Assembly (NCBI RefSeq): GCF_001457595.1
Contig: NZ_LN831039.1
Location: 660,001 to 692,000 of the forward strand
Reading direction: 5' to 3'
Source: Mycolicibacterium smegmatis
GTDB lineage: Bacteria > Actinomycetota > Actinomycetes > Mycobacteriales > Mycobacteriaceae
DNA length: 32,000 nucleotides
Under the pieces are notes generated by a model. That model had not been told where the DNA came from. It worked only from the letters and a program-made list of their open reading frames with translations, and searched no databases. A program made the position numbers and the translations under genes. Each line of letters opens with the position of its first letter. The first letter of the stretch is position 1. Positions 27,605-32,000 of the stretch are shown here, piece by piece.

Positions 27605-29101
27605 ATGACGCAAACCATCAAGAGCTCGCTCATCGAACGCGTTCCCGCCCTGGAGCGCCTGACGCGCCCGTTCATCGGCGGTGCCTACGTCGACGCGCGC
27701 TCGTCGGAGACGTTCGAGAACATCAGCCCCGTCAATGGTGACCGGCTGCCCGACCTGGCCTCCGGTGATGCCGCCGATATCGACGCCGCGGTGGCCTCCG
27801 CCCGCGACAGTTTCGAAAACGGTGACTGGCGGCGGCGCTCGCCGCGTGAGCGCAAGGTCGTGCTGCAGCAACTCGCCCGCAGCCTGCGGGACAACACCGA
27901 GGAACTCGCTGCCCTGCAGACCGTCGAGATGGGCAAGCCGATCAAGGACGGCCGCTGGGAGGTCGACTACAGCGCCACCGTGCTGGAGTGGTTCGGCGAA
28001 GCTGTCGACCACCTCTATGACGAGGTTGCACCCATCGGTGAGGTCGGCCACGCCACCATCACCCGGGTTCCGGTCGGTGTTGTCGCCGCGATCACCCCGT
28101 GGAACAACCCGCTGCTGATGCCGGCGGTGAAGATTGCCCCGGCGCTTGCCGCCGGCAACTCGATGGTCCTCAAGCCCGCCGAGCAGTCACCGGCGATAGC
28201 CTTGCGGATCGCCGAATTGGCGCTGGAGGCCGGTATCCCCGCCGGTGTTCTCAACGTCGTCCCAGGGCTCGGCGAGACCGCAGGCAAGGCGCTGTCGGAA
28301 CACCAGGACGTCGAGGCGATCGGATTCACGGGGTCCACGACCGTCGGCCGGATCATCTTGAAGGCCGCAGCCGATTCCAACCTCAAGAAGGTCTCCCTTG
28401 AGCTCGGTGGCAAGTCGCCGGCCCTGGTGCTCGAAGATGCCGCCGGCATGCTTGACCTCATCGCCGTCAAGACCGCGGAATCGATCTTCGGGAACGCGGG
28501 ACAGATGTGCGACTCGAGTTCGCGCCTGATCGTGCACGAGTCGCTGGCCGACGAGTTGGTGGCCCGAATGGGCGCGGTGGCAGCCAATTGGCAGCCGGGG
28601 GACCCCTTCGACGATACCACCGCGATGGGTGCCATCGTGGATTCCCGCCAGCTGGAGCGGATCATGGGCTTCATCGAGGGCGCTGTGCCCGGCGGTGCGT
28701 CAATCGCCCACGGCGGCAACCGCGTTCGCCAGGAATCCGGCGGATTCTACGTGGAGCCAACTGTCATCCGCGGTGTCACCAACGACATGGACATCGCCCG
28801 CAAGGAGATCTTCGGACCGGTGCTCTCGGTCATCACGTTCTCCGACGAGGAAGAGGGTCTGCGCATCGCCAACGACACCTCCTACGGGTTGGCGGCCAAG
28901 CTGTGGACCGGAAACCTGAAGAAGGCGCACCGTCTCGCCCGTGAGCTCCGCTCGGGCGCGGTGCTGGTCAACGGTGACGAACTCTTCGACGTCACGCTGC
29001 CGCACGGCGGCTTCAAGCTCTCCGGTATCGGCCGCGACTACTCGCACCACGCTTTCGACAACTGGACCCAGTTGAAGACCACCTTCATCAACCTGTTGTG
29101 A
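27605..29101 (+). CDS. NAD(P)-dependent aldehyde dehydrogenase family protein
   Basis: PWNNPLLMPAVKIAPALAAGNSMVLKPAEQSP, GFTGSTTVGRIIL, LELGGKSPALVLEDA, FGNAGQMCDSSSRLIV, EIFGPVLSVITF; start at MTQTIKSS. Confidence 0.95.
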   Translation: MTQTIKSSLIERVPALERLTRPFIGGAYVDARSSETFENISPVNGDRLPDLASGDAADIDAAVASARDSFENGDWRRRSPRERKVVLQQLARSLRDNTEELAALQTVEMGKPIKDGRWEVDYSATVLEWFGEAVDHLYDEVAPIGEVGHATITRVPVGVVAAITPWNNPLLMPAVKIAPALAAGNSMVLKPAEQSPAIALRIAELALEAGIPAGVLNVVPGLGETAGKALSEHQDVEAIGFTGSTTVGRIILKAAADSNLKKVSLELGGKSPALVLEDAAGMLDLIAVKTAESIFGNAGQMCDSSSRLIVHESLADELVARMGAVAANWQPGDPFDDTTAMGAIVDSRQLERIMGFIEGAVPGGASIAHGGNRVRQESGGFYVEPTVIRGVTNDMDIARKEIFGPVLSVITFSDEEEGLRIANDTSYGLAAKLWTGNLKKAHRLARELRSGAVLVNGDELFDVTLPHGGFKLSGIGRDYSHHAFDNWTQLKTTFINLL

Positions 29102-29168
29102 CACCTTGAAACCGGCTGCCGCCGTGGGCATCTGCCCGCGGCGGCAGCTGCCGTTCGAGGGCCCGGAG

Positions 29169-30794
29169 TCAGATCTGGTCGGTAGGGATGTGGCTGAGCA
29201 CTCGCAACGCGAGATGCAGCCCCAGTCGGACGTCCGAGTCGTCGAGATCGACCCCAAGCAGCGACTGAATCCGCTCCACCCGGTTGTAGAGCGATTGCCG
29301 CTCCAGGTGCAGAGCACGGGCTGTTTCGGTTTTCTGTCCGTGCTGTTCCAGCAGTACCTGCAGGGTCTTGACCAGTTGAGTGTGGCGCTGCGCGTCGTAG
29401 TTGACCAACCGTTCCAGTCGCAGCCGGGCGAAACGTTCCAGATCGGGATTGTCGCGCAGACTCCAGATCAACCGGTCGAGATCAAGATCTGTGGCATCGT
29501 GCCAGGCGCGCGGCGGACTGTGTAGTGCGCCCTCCAAGGCATCGACGGAGACGGCCAGGCCCTCGGTCGCTGCCTGCCACGTGTGCACGGCAGGACCGAC
29601 CGACAAGACCGCCGCCCGCGGCTCGCCGAGATGGCGCTTGGCGGCGTCCTGGATGACCTGCGCGACTCTGTCGGCGATGCGGCTACGGTTCGCGACATCC
29701 TCGACACCGATCATGGCCAAGGTCGGGCCGGCTGTCGTGGTTTCGTCGATCAGTGCAGGTATTCCGATGTTTTCCAGCTCAGTGTGGACATCGCGCCACA
29801 CGAGGCGCCATTGATGATCTTCGGCAGCGACGGTGGCCGCCCGATGATGGCGTGCCCGCCGAATCCCGATGGGGACCAAAACCGGCGGCGTGAACCCGAG
29901 TGCGACGGCGCGGGCCTCGGCTGCGTAGGGTTCGGTCGAGCCGGCCAGCAGTGAGGTCAGAAGACCGCCGTGCCGGCCGTGGTTGGCAAACACCGCATCG
30001 CGGCGACGATTGCCGATCACGATCAGACTCACTACTTGCGCGGCGCGCTCCAGCGCTACCGTGGCTACCTCGTCGAAGCCTCCACCTTCGGCAATGCTGA
30101 GACCGAGCGCCACGAGGCGGCCGTCACGCGCGCCGTCGATGGTCAGATGCTTCTCGATGAACGGCGGTGCGCTGTCGACGCACCTGGTGATCAACTCCCA
30201 GCCCGCGGTGACGTCGCGCTCGGTGAGGCCGTTCAACGCTCGATATACGAATCCGCCGCCAGCGCGCTCGTAGAGGACTGGCTCACCCACTGCCGCAGCG
30301 AGGGCGTCGAGTACCTCGGCGATCCCGCCGCCTTCGAGTACCAGCTCGGTCAGTCGACGCTGAAGTTCCTGTGCATGATCCAGCAGCGTGATCTTCTGGT
30401 TGACGATCTGGGTGTGAATCGCCTCGGTGACGTCGATGAACGCAACCGGGAGATGCAACGCCACCAGCGTGAGATTGCGCTTCTGGCATTCGTCGATGAG
30501 GTGCCGCGGGACGCTACGGAAGTTGGCGCCGAGCTCGAGCACCATGGCGGCGATTCCGCGTTCAGCCAATTCCGCGATGAGTCGCCGGTCCGACGCTTCC
30601 GGCCCGTGGAACATGCGGCCCTCGGTGAGCACCAGTTCGCCGCCACGCAGAACAGACGCGATATCGCGAACCTCGACCACGTGTACCCAGCGGATGGGGC
30701 GGTCGAGGTTCTCTCGGCCCGCGATCACTTCGGGCGCGCCGCCGCGTAGGGCGGGCAGCTGTAGGGCAGCTCGAACGGTCAAGGCTTCAGACAC
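29169..30794 (-). CDS. PucR family transcriptional regulator
   Basis: N-terminal LTVRAALQLPALRGGAPEVIAGRENLDRPIRWVHVVEVRDIASVLRGGELVLTEG; C-terminal HTH TARALHLERQSLYNRVERIQSLLGVDLDDSDVRLGLHLALR. Confidence 0.93.
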   Translation of the reverse strand: MSEALTVRAALQLPALRGGAPEVIAGRENLDRPIRWVHVVEVRDIASVLRGGELVLTEGRMFHGPEASDRRLIAELAERGIAAMVLELGANFRSVPRHLIDECQKRNLTLVALHLPVAFIDVTEAIHTQIVNQKITLLDHAQELQRRLTELVLEGGGIAEVLDALAAAVGEPVLYERAGGGFVYRALNGLTERDVTAGWELITRCVDSAPPFIEKHLTIDGARDGRLVALGLSIAEGGGFDEVATVALERAAQVVSLIVIGNRRRDAVFANHGRHGGLLTSLLAGSTEPYAAEARAVALGFTPPVLVPIGIRRARHHRAATVAAEDHQWRLVWRDVHTELENIGIPALIDETTTAGPTLAMIGVEDVANRSRIADRVAQVIQDAAKRHLGEPRAAVLSVGPAVHTWQAATEGLAVSVDALEGALHSPPRAWHDATDLDLDRLIWSLRDNPDLERFARLRLERLVNYDAQRHTQLVKTLQVLLEQHGQKTETARALHLERQSLYNRVERIQSLLGVDLDDSDVRLGLHLALRVLSHIPTDQI

Positions 30795-30893
30795 TTACCA
30801 AGTGTGGCTGACTCGCCGGTCGTTGCAGAATTACTGCCGAAATTCCGACATCCTGTCGCGCCTGATCCCGAGATGCTTGACATGACGCGGGTC

Positions 30894-30905
30894 GCCGGGC
30901 CCGGC
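30894..30905. promoter_or_regulatory. 12-bp perfect palindrome GCCGGGCCCGGC in the PucR/amidase divergent intergenic region
   Basis: Located between divergent starts 30794 (-) and 30960 (+); a second palindrome TTCGCGAA lies at 30921-30928. Confidence 0.35.
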
Positions 30906-30959
30906 AATATGCAGAAACATTTCGCGAAGCATCTGCTGACTGGATGAAGGAGGCTGCCG

Positions 30960-32000
30960 GTGAGTATGCCGATCGTCGGTTACACAGATCGCCTCACAGT
31001 GGAGCCGGGCCAAACAGTTGAATTCAAGATCAGCAGTGTTGAGCCGACCTTTCACGCCACGCTGGTGCGCTTGCTCCACGGCGACGACAATCCTGCCGGT
31101 CCTGGCTTCAAGGCAACGCGCGTTCCTTCGGCCATCGAGGGACCCCATCCAGGCCGGTACCAGTCCCTGCGCCCGGGCTCCTACGTCCACATTCCGCATC
31201 GTGCGGGGTTGACACCGTCGGCCAGCTTCTCCATCCATCTGTGGATGTGGATCAACTCGGCAACCGGCGGTCGACAGACCCTGCTGTCTCAAGGGTCGGT
31301 CGACGACGGCGGATATGCCCTCCGCATGGAGGACAGCAGGATCACCGCTCGGGTTGGCGATCAGGCGGTCACCGTGGCCAGCCCGATCCTGCCCCGCCGG
31401 TGGTACTCGGTAGCGGCAGTGTTCGACACCGCCGCAGGTGAGCTGCGCCTCGATGTGGTACCCTTGGCGATCAACCGGGCCCCCCATCACGACCGCGCGT
31501 GCAGTTCGATCGGTATGCCCACACCCGGTGTGGCTGACGTCCTCATCGGTGCCGAGAAGCTCAGCGACGGGCAGGTCGGAAACTTCTGTAACGGCAAGAT
31601 CGATTCCCCCCGCATCTATCCGACGGCGCTCAACGATGCCGAGCTGGAATCGATCAGGCAGGACACCTCCAACCAGGCTGCGGCTTCTCCCTTGGCCGCA
31701 TGGGATTTCGCCGCCGACATCAGCAATTGGACGGTGACCGACGTCGTCGGCGGATTCCACGGACACACCGTCAACAAACCGATGCGAGGCGCTACCGGCC
31801 ATAACTGGGACGGGTCGGAAACGTCGTGGGCGCACGCACCGGCGCAATACGGCGCCATCCACTTTCACGACGACGACCTTGCCGATGCGGGCTGGGAGAC
31901 AGCCTTTCAGTGGACGGTTCCCGACGAACTGCCCAGCGCCGTCTACGCGGCACATGTGACCGCTGGCGATGCCGAGGACTACATCCCGGTGTTCGTTCGC
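30960..32000 (+). CDS. N,N-dimethylformamidase large (beta) subunit-like protein, N-terminal part, runs off window
   Basis: Hand translation from GTG 30960 (preceded by AAGGAGG) is open for 347 codons to the window end: VSMPIVGYTDRLTVEPGQTVEFKISSVEPTFHATLVRLLHGDDNPAGPGFKATRVPSAIEGPHPGRYQSLRPGSYVHIPHRAGL...; absent from the ORF track because no stop is in the window. Confidence 0.75.
   Translation, partial: MSMPIVGYTDRLTVEPGQTVEFKISSVEPTFHATLVRLLHGDDNPAGPGFKATRVPSAIEGPHPGRYQSLRPGSYVHIPHRAGLTPSASFSIHLWMWINSATGGRQTLLSQGSVDDGGYALRMEDSRITARVGDQAVTVASPILPRRWYSVAAVFDTAAGELRLDVVPLAINRAPHHDRACSSIGMPTPGVADVLIGAEKLSDGQVGNFCNGKIDSPRIYPTALNDAELESIRQDTSNQAAASPLAAWDFAADISNWTVTDVVGGFHGHTVNKPMRGATGHNWDGSETSWAHAPAQYGAIHFHDDDLADAGWETAFQWTVPDELPSAVYAAHVTAGDAEDYIPVFVR

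Noticed and set aside
30831-31955. 374-aa minus-strand ORF
   Set aside because: Antisense to the DMFase-like open frame, which has a clear start context and family-like sequence.
22834-32000. Assigning the cluster to a specific known substrate (DMF, nicotine, morpholine or metformin)
   Set aside because: Gene content is compatible with several N-methyl or cyclic amine pathways. Diagnostic partners (DMFase small subunit, ferredoxin, oxidase) are not visible in the window, so no substrate is claimed.
1-32000. tRNA, rRNA, phage-defence or toxin-antitoxin genes
   Set aside because: No convincing sequence for any of these was seen by eye; a covariance-model or HMM scan would be needed to exclude them.

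Overview
High-GC actinobacterial window, probably from a mycobacterium. It has three parts. (1) About 0-8.2 kb is ordinary metabolic chromosome: SDR, fused acyl-CoA dehydrogenase, 2-hydroxyacid dehydrogenase, alpha/beta hydrolase, TetR, VOC protein and SAM methyltransferase. (2) About 8.5-22.4 kb is a dense IS region. An NAD-glutamate-dehydrogenase-like fragment ends at an IS1380-family element. Next comes an IS3-family element split by a second IS3-family element, which is itself split by an IS30-family element; both inner insertions have precise 3-bp target duplications. A small cargo (SnoaL-like protein, cytochrome P450, MFS transporter) follows. Then comes an inverted intact copy of the outer IS3 element, a second IS1380-family element, and a 186-bp IS1380 remnant flanked by a 42-bp direct repeat. 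(3) About 22.8-32 kb is a putative amine/amide catabolic region: a trimethylamine-dehydrogenase-like flavoprotein, class III aminotransferase, aldehyde dehydrogenase, PucR regulator and, divergent from it, the 5' part of an N,N-dimethylformamidase large-subunit-like gene that runs off the window and is absent from the supplied ORF track. The most interesting items are this amine/amide cluster beside a P450-bearing IS-bracketed cargo, the P450's atypical I-helix motif, the substituted active-site positions of the TMADH-like enzyme, and the mismatched IS1380 flanks that point to IS-mediated rearrangement. All family calls come from recognising sequence motifs by eye; no database search was run.
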